From the sequence record NC_054908.1: DNA of 64,000 bases; one strand, 5' to 3'. Numbering within the stretch: the stretch's first letter is position 1; every line of letters starts with the position of its first letter. Below the pieces are notes generated by a model. That model saw nothing but the letters and a program-made list of their open reading frames with translations, was not told the DNA's origin and did not search any database. Made by a program: the position numbers and the translations under genes. This stretch comes from Escherichia phage vB_EcoM_DalCa. This document shows positions 18,816 to 28,056 of this stretch, in pieces.

Positions 18816-19796
18816 TTATTTCAGAAGAGTAACCTCAGCGATTTCTTCCCAACCGTTTTTGTCGGTCATAATAAAGTCAGCAAGATAAAGTGCAGTACGC
18901 AGTGAAACATTGCGTAAACGATTAACATTAACTTTCATCCATGATAATGCTTTATAAGTTTCTTCATCAGAAAGACCGCGTTTTTGCATCATGTCAGTTG
19001 AAAGAATAACATCTTCAACCCTGACCATAATTTCTTCATTAGTGTGAACACCCAAATCCAAATAAACTGAGCGGGAAACTAATGCTTGTAAATGTGGAGC
19101 AAGTTTAGTACCACGGTCTAATTCGCGGTCAATGTCAACGTTTGTGATAAAAACAATCGTTCCTTTAAATTCAAACTCACGCTCAATGCCTTTTTCTTCT
19201 AAGTAAGAAGATGCGGTGCTCCAGCAGACTTTACGGGTCTCTCCGGTGTCCAGAGCAGCTTTCAGAAGATTAAGAATGTCCATATCAGAGAAAACATCCA
19301 CATCATCAATCAAAAGGACAGAATTCTCTTCACGATTATTCCAAAGCTGTTCATAAAGACCGATACCAGAGATTTTACCATTAATGCTTTTATATTCGAT
19401 GTATCCAATATCATTTGCTTTATTTAAAGCTTTATCTAAAGAATACGTTTTACCAATACCTGCTGCTCCAGAGATAATTAATGAACGAATGTTTCCGTTA
19501 ATAATACCATTCGTCATCATTCCCATAACATTAAATCTTTTATTAATGCGGGTTTTCATATCTTCATACGATTCTTTAACTTCTTCAACTTTTACACCAT
19601 CATATGAAATGTCTGATTTGTAAACCCAAACACCGCGACGCTTACCGTCAATTTCAACAAAAACTTTACCATCTCCTTGTGCATCTACCGGAGCATTATC
19701 TGGGAACCATTCACCTAAGAGCTCAAAAGTTCCAGAGATTTCTTTACCGAAGTAGATACCCTTATTGATAGTTACAGTTTTCATTTTATTCTCCAA
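18816..19796 (-). CDS. Predicted P-loop NTPase (AAA-like)
   Basis: 326 aa; Walker A GAAGIGKT and Walker B-like VLLIDDVD; early-type promoter upstream. Confidence 0.6.
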   Translation of the reverse strand: MENKMKTVTINKGIYFGKEISGTFELLGEWFPDNAPVDAQGDGKVFVEIDGKRRGVWVYKSDISYDGVKVEEVKESYEDMKTRINKRFNVMGMMTNGIINGNIRSLIISGAAGIGKTYSLDKALNKANDIGYIEYKSINGKISGIGLYEQLWNNREENSVLLIDDVDVFSDMDILNLLKAALDTGETRKVCWSTASSYLEEKGIEREFEFKGTIVFITNVDIDRELDRGTKLAPHLQALVSRSVYLDLGVHTNEEIMVRVEDVILSTDMMQKRGLSDEETYKALSWMKVNVNRLRNVSLRTALYLADFIMTDKNGWEEIAEVTLLK

Positions 19797-19820
19797 TTTT
19801 ACATTTGTTTTGATAGGGTA

Positions 19821-19849
19821 ATAATATCACACTACTACCCTGCTGTAAA
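19821..19849 (-). promoter_or_regulatory. T4 early-type promoter module upstream of P-loop NTPase gene
   Basis: TTGATAGGGTAATAATATCAC...TGTAAACAATTTATTTTA on plus; 17-bp spacing. Confidence 0.5.
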
Positions 19850-19853
19850 CAAT

Positions 19854-20117
19854 TTATTTTAATGTTTGCCAAATTTTTACTGCTTCACGACGAGATACTT
19901 CTACAGCTCCAAGTTCTACAGCTTTTTGGCGTCGCCGAGCGTGTAAGTCATAATGTTTAATGCGTTTATCTTGAAACCAAGAACGTTTCATTCCTATTGC
20001 TTCTGCCATTTCGTGAAGCTCTTCAATATCTCCATCAGTGAACATATGACAATTTTTAGTTGGATGACCGCGAAGTTTCCATCCATGATTCATTAAAACA
20101 TCTACGTAAACTGTCAT
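19854..20117 (-). CDS. Hypothetical protein
   Basis: 87-aa ORF, His/Arg-rich. Confidence 0.5.
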   Translation of the reverse strand: MTVYVDVLMNHGWKLRGHPTKNCHMFTDGDIEELHEMAEAIGMKRSWFQDKRIKHYDLHARRRQKAVELGAVEVSRREAVKIWQTLK

Positions 20118-20299
20118 TGATTCTTCTCCAAATAAGTTTCGATAATTTTCTGGGCGAGATAAACCGCGTTATCTTCAGTTGCGTCTTCCAAGAAACTTTC
20201 AAAACACTCTGAAATTTCTTCTGTATCAATCAACTTTTTTACTTCAATTGGTGTAATTTTCATTTTGTTTTCCGTTTAAGTGTTTGTTTTGATAGTTGT

Positions 20300-20328
20300 A
20301 TAGTACCATAAAGCTTTATGCTTGTAAA
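20300..20328 (-). promoter_or_regulatory. T4 early-type promoter module
   Basis: TTGATAGTTGTATAGTACC...TGTAAACAGTTTTGTGAAAAATTTTT on plus; 17-bp spacing. Confidence 0.5.
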
Positions 20329-20345
20329 CAGTTTTGTGAAAAATT

Positions 20346-20376
20346 TTTGAAATAAAAAGGGAGCCCGAAGGCTCCC
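20346..20376 (-). terminator. Intrinsic terminator downstream of nucleotidyltransferase-like gene
   Basis: On minus strand GGGAGCC-UUCG-GGCUCCC followed by UUUUUAUUUC. Confidence 0.65.
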
Positions 20377-20378
20377 TA

Positions 20379-21392
20379 TCATTTATAATAACTTCGGTGG
20401 TTTTCAAGATAGACCTTCTCAAGGAAGTCATCCCAGAAACTCATGTCTACTGTTTTAGGCATACCGTTCTTAGAAGCTTCAATAGATGCTGCTTCTACTT
20501 GATCGACCACATCTTCCAAAAACTCTTGAACCGTTTTAAATGGATGTTTACCCAACTTCACGTCGAGAATAAATGGAGCATCTTGGAGTGGATAAACCAA
20601 GTCACCAGTTTTGTAAATTTCCAATAGTTGGAGTCCACCACGGCAAGCATGACTCAGAGCTTTCCAGTCAATACCTTCATTGGCTTCGGCCTTACGAGCA
20701 CGTTCACCATATTCAGCATCTAATTTGTTCAGTGACTGCTTAAGCTCAATAAGAGAAAGCGTTGTCTGATATTTACGACCCAACACAGTGTAGAACGTTT
20801 GTGGGCCTGTTTTCTCATGATTATGGAACACCCATTCACAGAATTCGTTTTCTGGAAGACGATGCTTAATATCTTCAACTTTAGTGCGACGCTGCTTAAT
20901 AGAACCATCTTCTTGGTAATCAATCCACTGCTCAGGGATTTGATTAACTACTTTCAATACATCACGTAATGCAGCCAAACGAGAACCCTTGACACCGTAT
21001 TTAGAAGCTTGCTTGCGGACATATCCTAAATAGGATTTCATGTTAGTCGTATAAAAACGAGAACGGTTGTCTTGAATAAACTTCCACACATCAGGCAAAT
21101 CAGATTTAACCACTAGTTCAGGTGGAGTGTGAAGCATATCCAATGCTACAGTTTCACCATCTGCTGCTAATTTAAAGAAATATTTAAGACTGTATAGTTC
21201 ATGGTCAATATCATCTTTAGTGTTTTTAGATGATGTGTTGTTAGTGTTTTTACTCATGTGCTCTTTGACATTTCCGATAAGAATATCACGAGCAGGAGGA
21301 ACAAAAATTTCTTTAAAATCTACATCAGATTCTGGGGTAGAAGTTCCATAAAGATGACTACCAAAATAGCTTTTCATTACTGTTTTCATCAT
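20379..21392 (-). CDS. Predicted nucleotidyltransferase-fold protein (Pol-beta superfamily-like)
   Basis: 337 aa; N-terminal GSHLYGTSTPESDVDF matches the GS...D.D nucleotidyltransferase signature; strong terminator hairpin downstream. Confidence 0.55.
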   Translation of the reverse strand: MMKTVMKSYFGSHLYGTSTPESDVDFKEIFVPPARDILIGNVKEHMSKNTNNTSSKNTKDDIDHELYSLKYFFKLAADGETVALDMLHTPPELVVKSDLPDVWKFIQDNRSRFYTTNMKSYLGYVRKQASKYGVKGSRLAALRDVLKVVNQIPEQWIDYQEDGSIKQRRTKVEDIKHRLPENEFCEWVFHNHEKTGPQTFYTVLGRKYQTTLSLIELKQSLNKLDAEYGERARKAEANEGIDWKALSHACRGGLQLLEIYKTGDLVYPLQDAPFILDVKLGKHPFKTVQEFLEDVVDQVEAASIEASKNGMPKTVDMSFWDDFLEKVYLENHRSYYK

Positions 21393-21856
21393 TCAGCCTT
21401 ATATTCAATAACAGGACATACTTTAGCTTTACGAGCTTTTAAAAATTCAACGATAATCGATTTCTTGGGTTGAATAGGAGGTAAACCTTTATACGCCCTA
21501 TCAATATTTTCTATGTGTAAAGCATAATCCTTTTTCCATTTATAATCTTTATATTTTTCATGCAAATGTGCAGGAATAACAAATGAACCGATAATAAGTA
21601 AAACAACCAAAAGTGCAAGTATAAATGCCGATGGAAGAAGAGTCCATAAACTACCGAAAATAAGCCAACGTTGTAAGCTTTCTGCACAAATAATTGTTAG
21701 CCCTACGAGTATAGCACATCCAAAAATAGAAACGAAAAATGTAGGAATGGCAATAGACCAAAAATATGCGCATAGTGTCTTAGGTCGTTGCCATTCATCG
21801 TTAAACAATTTGAATAATTTATAGTGCCAAGAGTTTTCATTAATAACCATAATCAT
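21389..21856 (-). CDS. Hypothetical polytopic membrane protein
   Basis: 155 aa; three or more hydrophobic helices. Confidence 0.5.
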   Translation of the reverse strand: MIMVINENSWHYKLFKLFNDEWQRPKTLCAYFWSIAIPTFFVSIFGCAILVGLTIICAESLQRWLIFGSLWTLLPSAFILALLVVLLIIGSFVIPAHLHEKYKDYKWKKDYALHIENIDRAYKGLPPIQPKKSIIVEFLKARKAKVCPVIEYKAE

Positions 21857-21858
21857 AA

Positions 21859-22380
21859 TTATCCTTTCATTGAAGGCGTAACGGTTGTTAAATACTTAAT
21901 CATAGCTTCAGCTTCTGATTTTGATAATGAAATTTCTCCATTGTTTTGACGAATAGAAATAAAATCCGGATGACGGTCACCACCAGCTTTTAAAACACAC
22001 ATATAAGTATCAGTTTCACCTTCAATATTTGAAATGATTGAAGCAGTTCCACATGAATGCGGTTTTTGATAAATCAATGCAGCTTTTCTTCCGCCATTTG
22101 ACTGCTCATAGGCTTTTAATACATCAAGCAAATCAGTTCTTTTATCAATAGCTAAAATGTTATTTTCATCTTCAATGTTAAATCCTTCGGATACTTCATA
22201 AAGTGTTACCCATAAATCACCAATGTCAATAACAGCATTTACTTTTCCACGGCTTTCAAGAGTATGACAAATTTTCTTGATTTCGTCATAACTCATTTTA
22301 ATAATATCATCTCCTTGACTAAGGAAGATGTCATTTTTAAATTCAACACGAATTAAACCGCTTCCACTTGAAATAAACAT
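21859..22380 (-). CDS. Hypothetical protein (paralog of 22387..22932)
   Basis: 173 aa; shares FNIEDE and a C-terminal motif with its neighbour. Confidence 0.5.
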   Translation of the reverse strand: MFISSGSGLIRVEFKNDIFLSQGDDIIKMSYDEIKKICHTLESRGKVNAVIDIGDLWVTLYEVSEGFNIEDENNILAIDKRTDLLDVLKAYEQSNGGRKAALIYQKPHSCGTASIISNIEGETDTYMCVLKAGGDRHPDFISIRQNNGEISLSKSEAEAMIKYLTTVTPSMKG

Positions 22381-22386
22381 ATTTCC

Positions 22387-22932
22387 TCACTTTGAAATCA
22401 TAGTTGGAATGACAGAATCAAGATAAGTCTTTAGCGCAATAGCTTCGTCTTTGGTAAATGTGACAATATGTGCTCGAAAATCATCAATTTGACGAATAGT
22501 TAAGACATCTCCATCTTCATAACATTTTGATACGTTTAAAACAGTTTCATCATTCTGATTGCAAGCGTTAGTAATAATAGCATTGCAATTTTTAAACCAT
22601 TTTAAACTATGTTTTCTTTCATTAGAATAATAAAAATATTTAATCTTATCTATAAAACTATCCCAATGGATAACTGATAAGCATATTGACTCGCTTTCAA
22701 TATTAAATCCTGGGCATGAAGAATAAAAATGAATTTTATGCTCATCATTAATGCTTACAATTTTATCAGTATAAGGATTTTCAATTTTGGTTAAATGAAT
22801 GATTTCACTAGGCGTAAAATACAGCATATCGTCTTCTTGTGTCAAACGATACATATTATTTACTTTTTCTATAGCCAATTCACCAAAAAGTGAACTAACT
22901 TCTAATACTAATCGTTTCGCCTCGCTCATCAT
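22387..22932 (-). CDS. Hypothetical protein (paralog of 21859..22380)
   Basis: 181 aa; FNIESE and C-terminal ...LKTYLDSVIPTMISK similar to the neighbour. Confidence 0.5.
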   Translation of the reverse strand: MMSEAKRLVLEVSSLFGELAIEKVNNMYRLTQEDDMLYFTPSEIIHLTKIENPYTDKIVSINDEHKIHFYSSCPGFNIESESICLSVIHWDSFIDKIKYFYYSNERKHSLKWFKNCNAIITNACNQNDETVLNVSKCYEDGDVLTIRQIDDFRAHIVTFTKDEAIALKTYLDSVIPTMISK

Positions 22933-23064
22933 TACATACTCCTCTGAATCATATCAATAATGTTGTTCACCAGATTATAAGTAAACATTGGGTAATTATA
23001 TTGAATCACCACATACACAACAAACAAAACTTTCATTCTCTTCTCCTTGGCAGTTGACAAGATT

Positions 23065-23093
23065 ACTATATCATAACCTTGCCAACTTGTAAA
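23065..23093 (-). promoter_or_regulatory. Candidate T4 early-type promoter upstream of 22387..22932
   Basis: Minus -35 TTTACA, 17-bp spacer, -10 TATAGT. Confidence 0.4.
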
Positions 23094-23259
23094 CCATTAA
23101 ATGACGTTTTCGATAAAATTCTGAAGCTTTGTATGAGCATCAACCATGATTTTCATTTCTTCTTTAGCGAAAGCTGTACCTCTTTCCCGAGAAGAATACT
23201 CATAATCAGAAACTGCATTAGCATATTCTTCAATTAGCTTCATTAAAAACATCTGCTTT

Positions 23260-23454
23260 TCAGTTTTCATTATTCCACCTAATCATTTCAAGATATTGAA
23301 CTAACTTAGCTTTAGATTTATCCAAATCCTTTTTAGCTGATTCTATACCATCGTATGAATATCCTTCACAATGCTCAACTGCTAATTGGTATGAATCTAT
23401 TTCAATATCACGTGCTAATTTAATGATTTTTTCAAACTGTTCGCGTGTTAGCAT
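23260..23454 (-). CDS. Hypothetical protein
   Basis: 64-aa ORF. Confidence 0.4.
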   Translation of the reverse strand: MLTREQFEKIIKLARDIEIDSYQLAVEHCEGYSYDGIESAKKDLDKSKAKLVQYLEMIRWNNEN

Positions 23455-23456
23455 AA

Positions 23457-23696
23457 TTAAACTCTAGTATTATGATCGATAATTTCATCAAGAAACATAT
23501 CTAACGCTTCTAAAGCATTATCAACTTTAGCTTCAAGTTCATCAATGCCTTTATTTGCAATGCCTGACGAAAACCAAGCAAAGTCACTAAGTTCCTCGTC
23601 TGCTTTACGAATTAAAGCTACCAATTCTTTAATCTTATCCGCTTGTTCGATACTAATCATTATTCCACCACATATGAAAGAGAGAATATTGCACAC
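23457..23696 (-). CDS. Hypothetical protein
   Basis: 79-aa ORF. Confidence 0.45.
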   Translation of the reverse strand: MCNILSFICGGIMISIEQADKIKELVALIRKADEELSDFAWFSSGIANKGIDELEAKVDNALEALDMFLDEIIDHNTRV

Positions 23697-23848
23697 GCCA
23701 TGTGAGTTGCAACTTCATCACACATATTATAACGTTTCTTAAGAAGTTCTACAAGTTCTTCACTAGTAACTTCATCCATGTTGACGAAAAAATCACCATT
23801 AATGATGACGTAGATATTTCCTTCATGATTAAGTGCTTCAATTTTCAT
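23660..23848 (-). CDS. Hypothetical protein
   Basis: ORF 23660..23893 trimmed to ATG ([10 protein letters not shown]) preceded by GAGGAG; upstream codons overlap a promoter module. Confidence 0.4.
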   Translation of the reverse strand: MKIEALNHEGNIYVIINGDFFVNMDEVTSEELVELLKKRYNMCDEVATHMACAIFSLSYVVE

Positions 23849-23876
23849 GATGTTCTCCTCTTTATCCGATGGTTGT

Positions 23877-23905
23877 ATAGTACCACAGCTCAAACGGAAA
23901 GTAAA
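23877..23905 (-). promoter_or_regulatory. T4 early-type promoter module upstream of 23660..23848
   Basis: GGTTGTATAGTACCAC...AGTAAAC on plus; 17-bp spacing. Confidence 0.5.
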
Positions 23906-23910
23906 CCGGT

Positions 23911-23939
23911 AAAATGAAAAAAGTCTCCCGAAGGAGACT
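23911..23939 (-). terminator. Intrinsic terminator downstream of 23944..24330
   Basis: On minus strand AGUCUCC-UUCG-GGAGACU followed by UUUUUUCAUUUU. Confidence 0.65.
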
Positions 23940-23943
23940 AATG

Positions 23944-24330
23944 TTATTCGAGGGAAAGAAGATACTTACTTTGGTAAAACATTCCAGTAATATCATCTAT
24001 CGTGCTTTGGATGGCTGGAGGCATTTCTTTATAAATGCTGTTAGATTGGTCTAGTATACGATCAATCATTTTAATTGTGTCGGTAGGAAGTTTACTGGCA
24101 TCTGGAATTGAAGGCGTGTATTTTCTACCAGAATACCCCAAATATTGCTCACCAAATTTATCAATCAAATCTGGTAACTCAGAGAAAATAAAATCGTATG
24201 CTTTGTGTCTAGCATAACTTTTAGTTTCAAAATGTGCAGAATGAAAATAAGCTTGTGCAGCCATTAATAAACCTAAGTATTCATCTGCCTTTGAAGGTTT
24301 TCCACTTTGTGAAAAGTCGCTGAATTTCAT
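23944..24330 (-). CDS. Hypothetical protein
   Basis: 128-aa ORF followed by hairpin plus U-tract. Confidence 0.5.
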   Translation of the reverse strand: MKFSDFSQSGKPSKADEYLGLLMAAQAYFHSAHFETKSYARHKAYDFIFSELPDLIDKFGEQYLGYSGRKYTPSIPDASKLPTDTIKMIDRILDQSNSIYKEMPPAIQSTIDDITGMFYQSKYLLSLE

Positions 24331-24620
24331 TCAGTCTCCAATTTAATGTTCATAATTCTAGCGTATGATTGTGCCATCTCCGCGCCTCGTTCTATACATT
24401 CAAAATCAGAAGAGCACGGGTCATTTTTATAGGTCGTTCTCATAAAACTATAGAATTGTTCAGACGATTCTACGCTTTTATTTTCAAAAAGCATATAAAC
24501 GTGCCTAATACCAGATTCCATAAATTTATCAAAATGAGGATCGACATTCGCTTCAATCGATGGAGATAAAACAAATGACAATCCTAGCATGGCAAATAGT
24601 GCCGTTGCTTTTAAGGCCAT
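24327..24620 (-). CDS. rI: Lysis-inhibition regulator rI (secreted antiholin-binding protein)
   Basis: 97 aa with N-terminal signal peptide MALKATALFAMLGLSFVLSPSIEA; length and position next to tk match T4 rI. Confidence 0.75.
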   Translation of the reverse strand: MALKATALFAMLGLSFVLSPSIEANVDPHFDKFMESGIRHVYMLFENKSVESSEQFYSFMRTTYKNDPCSSDFECIERGAEMAQSYARIMNIKLETE

Positions 24621-24888
24621 AAAGGCCTCCTATCATTTTTGTCCTGTATTTACTTTATGCCGATGCACGGCCTTAACTTTATCAAGGTATTTTTTCAAAA
24701 TTTCGCAATCTAGTATAGTCTGCCGGAGATTGGTTGAGTGATACTTCTCGACGCAAAGCTGAAATAACATTTCCAACTTCCCTACGAATTTCATCTAATT
24801 GAAGCACAGTAAGATTGCGAAGTTGCTTTTCAGTTAATTGTAGCATATATACCCCTTTAGTTAGATAAACCTATTTATAACTTTTGCA

Positions 24889-25470
24889 CTAACCGAGCTT
24901 TTTAGTTAATTCGTTCCAGTGTTTTCTACACAAAGAAACATAAATTTCATCACCAATACAGATTTGATTACCTTCTTTAACTGGTGTTCCATCTTCCATT
25001 AATCGAGCTGTCATAATAGCTTTTTTACCACAATGACAAACTGCCTTTAGTTCAATAAGTTTATCTGCAATCGCCAAAAGTTCTTTAGAACCTTCAAATA
25101 ATTTTCCAGCGAAATCAGTCCTTAGCCCATAAGCCATAACAGGAACATTATATGTATCAACAATTCGACTTAATTGATGCACCTGTTCAGTTTTTAAAAA
25201 CTGAGCTTCATCTACAAATACACAATGAATATCTTTTTGTGCTTCAGCCCATTTATAGAACTCAAAAATATCCATATCATCCGTAATAATATTCGCTTCC
25301 TGCTTAATTCCAATGCGAGAAACGACTTCACAGACAGAATCGCGAGTATCAATAGCAGGCTTAAGAACTAATACACCCATTCCGCGTTCTTTATAATTAT
25401 GTGCAGCAGTCAAAAGAGAAGCAGATTTTCCAGCATTCATTGCTGCGTAAGTAAAAATTAAACTCGCCAT
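24889..25470 (-). CDS. tk: Thymidine kinase
   Basis: 193 aa; P-loop AAMNAGKS; C-terminal Zn-binding Cys pairs; recognised T4 tk. Confidence 0.9.
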   Translation of the reverse strand: MASLIFTYAAMNAGKSASLLTAAHNYKERGMGVLVLKPAIDTRDSVCEVVSRIGIKQEANIITDDMDIFEFYKWAEAQKDIHCVFVDEAQFLKTEQVHQLSRIVDTYNVPVMAYGLRTDFAGKLFEGSKELLAIADKLIELKAVCHCGKKAIMTARLMEDGTPVKEGNQICIGDEIYVSLCRKHWNELTKKLG

Positions 25471-25479
25471 ATCACCTTC

Positions 25480-25665
25480 TTAAAGCATATTCACATAAGC
25501 TATTAATTCGTTTTCTTTCTTATCAAACCGATCAGCAAATTCTTCTTGCTGTTCGGGAGATAGCGGGCCGTATTCATCATAAAAGGTGTTTGCTTCTGTA
25601 TGCTCATCTAGAAGTTCATGGATAAGCTCAAACAATTTATCTTTTTGTTCTTTACTCAGACTCAT
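25480..25665 (-). CDS. Hypothetical acidic protein
   Basis: 61-aa ORF. Confidence 0.45.
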   Translation of the reverse strand: MSLSKEQKDKLFELIHELLDEHTEANTFYDEYGPLSPEQQEEFADRFDKKENELIAYVNML

Positions 25666-25831
25666 ATATTAATTTCCAGGAGTTTTAAAATAATTCGCTT
25701 TTGCTTAAATATTTCCATAGTTAAATGACCAGTATCTTTTTGACCGATTCCAATGGCAAAACCTTTATTGACAGCGAGTTCAATTAAATTATCAATCTCA
25801 CGTAACACTTCATACTGTAACTCAAAACTAT

Positions 25832-26044
25832 TCATTTCGGTTTACCTTCTTTAACGAAATCTGGATAAGGATAAAATCCCGAATAAAATCCTTCACCTTT
25901 ATGATTGATGCATCCTTTATTAGAACAATAGCACCAATAATCGAAATCACAAGCCATTTCATCGTTGCATAAAGCAAAAACAACTGGCCATTTACACTTT
26001 TCACAATGGGCATTTTTAAGAATACTAGTTTGGCTCATAACCAT
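25832..26044 (-). CDS. Hypothetical Cys-rich small protein
   Basis: 70 aa with about 10 Cys (CEKCKW, CNDEMAC, CYC, GC). Confidence 0.45.
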   Translation of the reverse strand: MVMSQTSILKNAHCEKCKWPVVFALCNDEMACDFDYWCYCSNKGCINHKGEGFYSGFYPYPDFVKEGKPK

Positions 26045-26262
26045 GTAACCTTTAAGCAGTATTCTTCTACATGCTGTTTACGACCTTTCTTATCAATAAA
26101 GGTATATTCAACGAATGTTCCAATGTAGTCTTTATCTACATCATGCGGACTATTAATTGGACATTTAGTACGGCAAATGCGTTCCCATTGACGAATAATT
26201 ACTGCCTTATTCTTTGGGTCATATGGATGTGGATAATGTATATTCATAATAACGGTTCCCAA
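26035..26262 (-). CDS. Hypothetical protein
   Basis: 75-aa ORF. Confidence 0.45.
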   Translation of the reverse strand: MGTVIMNIHYPHPYDPKNKAVIIRQWERICRTKCPINSPHDVDKDYIGTFVEYTFIDKKGRKQHVEEYCLKVTWL

Positions 26263-26711
26263 TCAACAATCACAATTTCTAATTTAGAGGAATATGTATC
26301 TAAAATCCCCTCAATAATATCCCAGTTCCCTTTACCTATGCCTGCACCAATCCTAGGCATATAGATTGTAGGTTTAATCAGTTTATTTTCACCAAACTCA
26401 TTTAATTCTAACATACAATTCATTAAAGCGGAATACTCAAAATTTGGCCCTGGTTGAAATTGAGTATAAAGGTTGAAGCAATACGCTTTATGAGTCCTAA
26501 AGTATTTTTCATAGACTGAGTAAGAACCGAGTTTAGTTACATCACCCCATTCAGTCTGTAATTTATCAGCTTCCAAAATTTTAGGGAAAGCTTTGGTTAA
26601 TTGACCCGCTACGCCTGAACCCATAGTATGAAAACAATTGCATCCATGCGCAATATTTTTACCTTCAGCGAAAAGGGCGACAATATCGCCCTTGATATAT
26701 TTTACAATCAT
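26244..26711 (-). CDS. Predicted macro-domain (ADP-ribose-binding/processing) protein
   Basis: 155 aa; motifs resembling macro domain (NAHGCNCFHTMGSGVAGQL and IGAGIGKG Gly-rich loop). Confidence 0.55.
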   Translation of the reverse strand: MIVKYIKGDIVALFAEGKNIAHGCNCFHTMGSGVAGQLTKAFPKILEADKLQTEWGDVTKLGSYSVYEKYFRTHKAYCFNLYTQFQPGPNFEYSALMNCMLELNEFGENKLIKPTIYMPRIGAGIGKGNWDIIEGILDTYSSKLEIVIVDWEPLL

Positions 26712-27049
26712 CTAGTACTCAATCCTCGATTATAAGAATCTACTAAACGGTCAACCATTGAATGACAAGCGGCTTTATCTTTCTCCTCCGCAACTGAACA
26801 TTCTAAGGTATTCCACTTTTTAGCATATCGTTTTAACAATGTATCATTTTTGTATCTGCTTGATTTATCTCTTTCTCCGTCTTTATATGCATATATTAAT
26901 TTCTGCGCAAATTCAGCTTGGCATGCTTTATTTTTCCCGCAATAATCCGCTGCAGTACGGTTTACATACTCTCTAATTTCAGTATATGATGTATCTGCTA
27001 ACACAGAAAATGAAATTAATCCTATACATAAAACCAAAATTTTAGTCAT
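26708..27049 (-). CDS. Hypothetical secreted protein
   Basis: 113 aa; N-terminal signal peptide MTKILVLCIGLISFSVLA; four Cys in mature part. Confidence 0.5.
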   Translation of the reverse strand: MTKILVLCIGLISFSVLADTSYTEIREYVNRTAADYCGKNKACQAEFAQKLIYAYKDGERDKSSRYKNDTLLKRYAKKWNTLECSVAEEKDKAACHSMVDRLVDSYNRGLSTR

Positions 27050-27587
27050 TTACTATTTCCAAAAGTTTATTATTTTTAAGGTAATTAGCCTTTTCTAGGA
27101 CTTCAGAAGCATATTTAGAACCTGCTTTAACATTCCATCCCGAATTATAAGATGATATTGCTTTTCTTATATCACCCTTATGTATATTTAACCAATAAGA
27201 AAGTTCAATGTACGCCCAGGAAGCTGAATTGGACCGTTTATTCAACATTCTTTTTATTTCAGCATCGGTCATATTATAACCAAGTTCCTTGACTCTCGCT
27301 CGCATAGTAGGCAAATAATTTTGGAACATTCCATAGGCATGATGCTTTGGTTTAGATTTTAAATTAACTCCGGCAGAGCTTTCTTGCCACAAAATAGCAG
27401 CCATTATATGACCCAATCCGCTCTTATGGATGTTTTTGTGTGTTTTATATTTTCCATCCTTAGAAAATTGTTCCCCGAATTGATACGCGTAACGCATGTT
27501 ATCGAGTTGGACATTACTGAAAGTATGCTCGGAGCTATGTGCCATCATTGAAATGGCCAATAGACCAGCGAGTAGTGCTTTTCTCAT
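27042..27587 (-). CDS. Predicted secreted lytic-transglycosylase/lysozyme-like protein
   Basis: 181 aa; signal peptide MRKALLAGLLAISMMAHS; ...AAILWQESS... motif reminiscent of SLT-domain catalytic region. Confidence 0.55.
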   Translation of the reverse strand: MRKALLAGLLAISMMAHSSEHTFSNVQLDNMRYAYQFGEQFSKDGKYKTHKNIHKSGLGHIMAAILWQESSAGVNLKSKPKHHAYGMFQNYLPTMRARVKELGYNMTDAEIKRMLNKRSNSASWAYIELSYWLNIHKGDIRKAISSYNSGWNVKAGSKYASEVLEKANYLKNNKLLEIVND

Positions 27588-27594
27588 GCTTACC

Positions 27595-28056
27595 TCATTG
27601 AGTTTTAATTACTGCTTTAGAAGCCTTTCCTGGTAAACGACGACTGTTGATAATTGCCATCCTACATTGAAGTGACGGGTCTTTGAACTTCGCGTTAGGT
27701 TTACAAACTGTAAATCCAAGCCAAAGATTTCCATCTGTGATTTCTAAACGTCCAGGACGATATTCAACCCCATCAATAAAATCCTCGTCAATGTCAGGAC
27801 GCGGAGGCATACTCAGGAATTCATTAACTTCTAAAACATGGTCTTTTATTTTATGGAATAATTCAAAAACATATGTCTCATCAATCTCCCGTTGAATTGC
27901 ACGATCAAGAAGATGTTGAGAATATTTTAGATGAAACGATGAGACTCCTGCTGCTTTTGATGCCTCACGAATCTCATTGTTAATTTGACGAAACTCCGAC
28001 TCAAAGTGACGACGAAGCTTATTTCGACGGATAAAAACTTCTGTATTGATAGTCAT
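27595..28056 (-). CDS. regB: Sequence-specific endoribonuclease RegB
   Basis: 153 aa, the length of T4 RegB; position between vs-region and denV; early-type promoter directly upstream. Confidence 0.75.
   Translation of the reverse strand: MTINTEVFIRRNKLRRHFESEFRQINNEIREASKAAGVSSFHLKYSQHLLDRAIQREIDETYVFELFHKIKDHVLEVNEFLSMPPRPDIDEDFIDGVEYRPGRLEITDGNLWLGFTVCKPNAKFKDPSLQCRMAIINSRRLPGKASKAVIKTQ

Noticed and set aside
23070-23270. Possible 66-aa minus-strand ORF in the 330-bp gap between 22932 and 23260
   Set aside because: Found only by my manual translation and absent from the supplied ORF track; my hand-counted coordinates are demonstrably prone to 1-nt errors in homopolymer runs, so I do not trust it.
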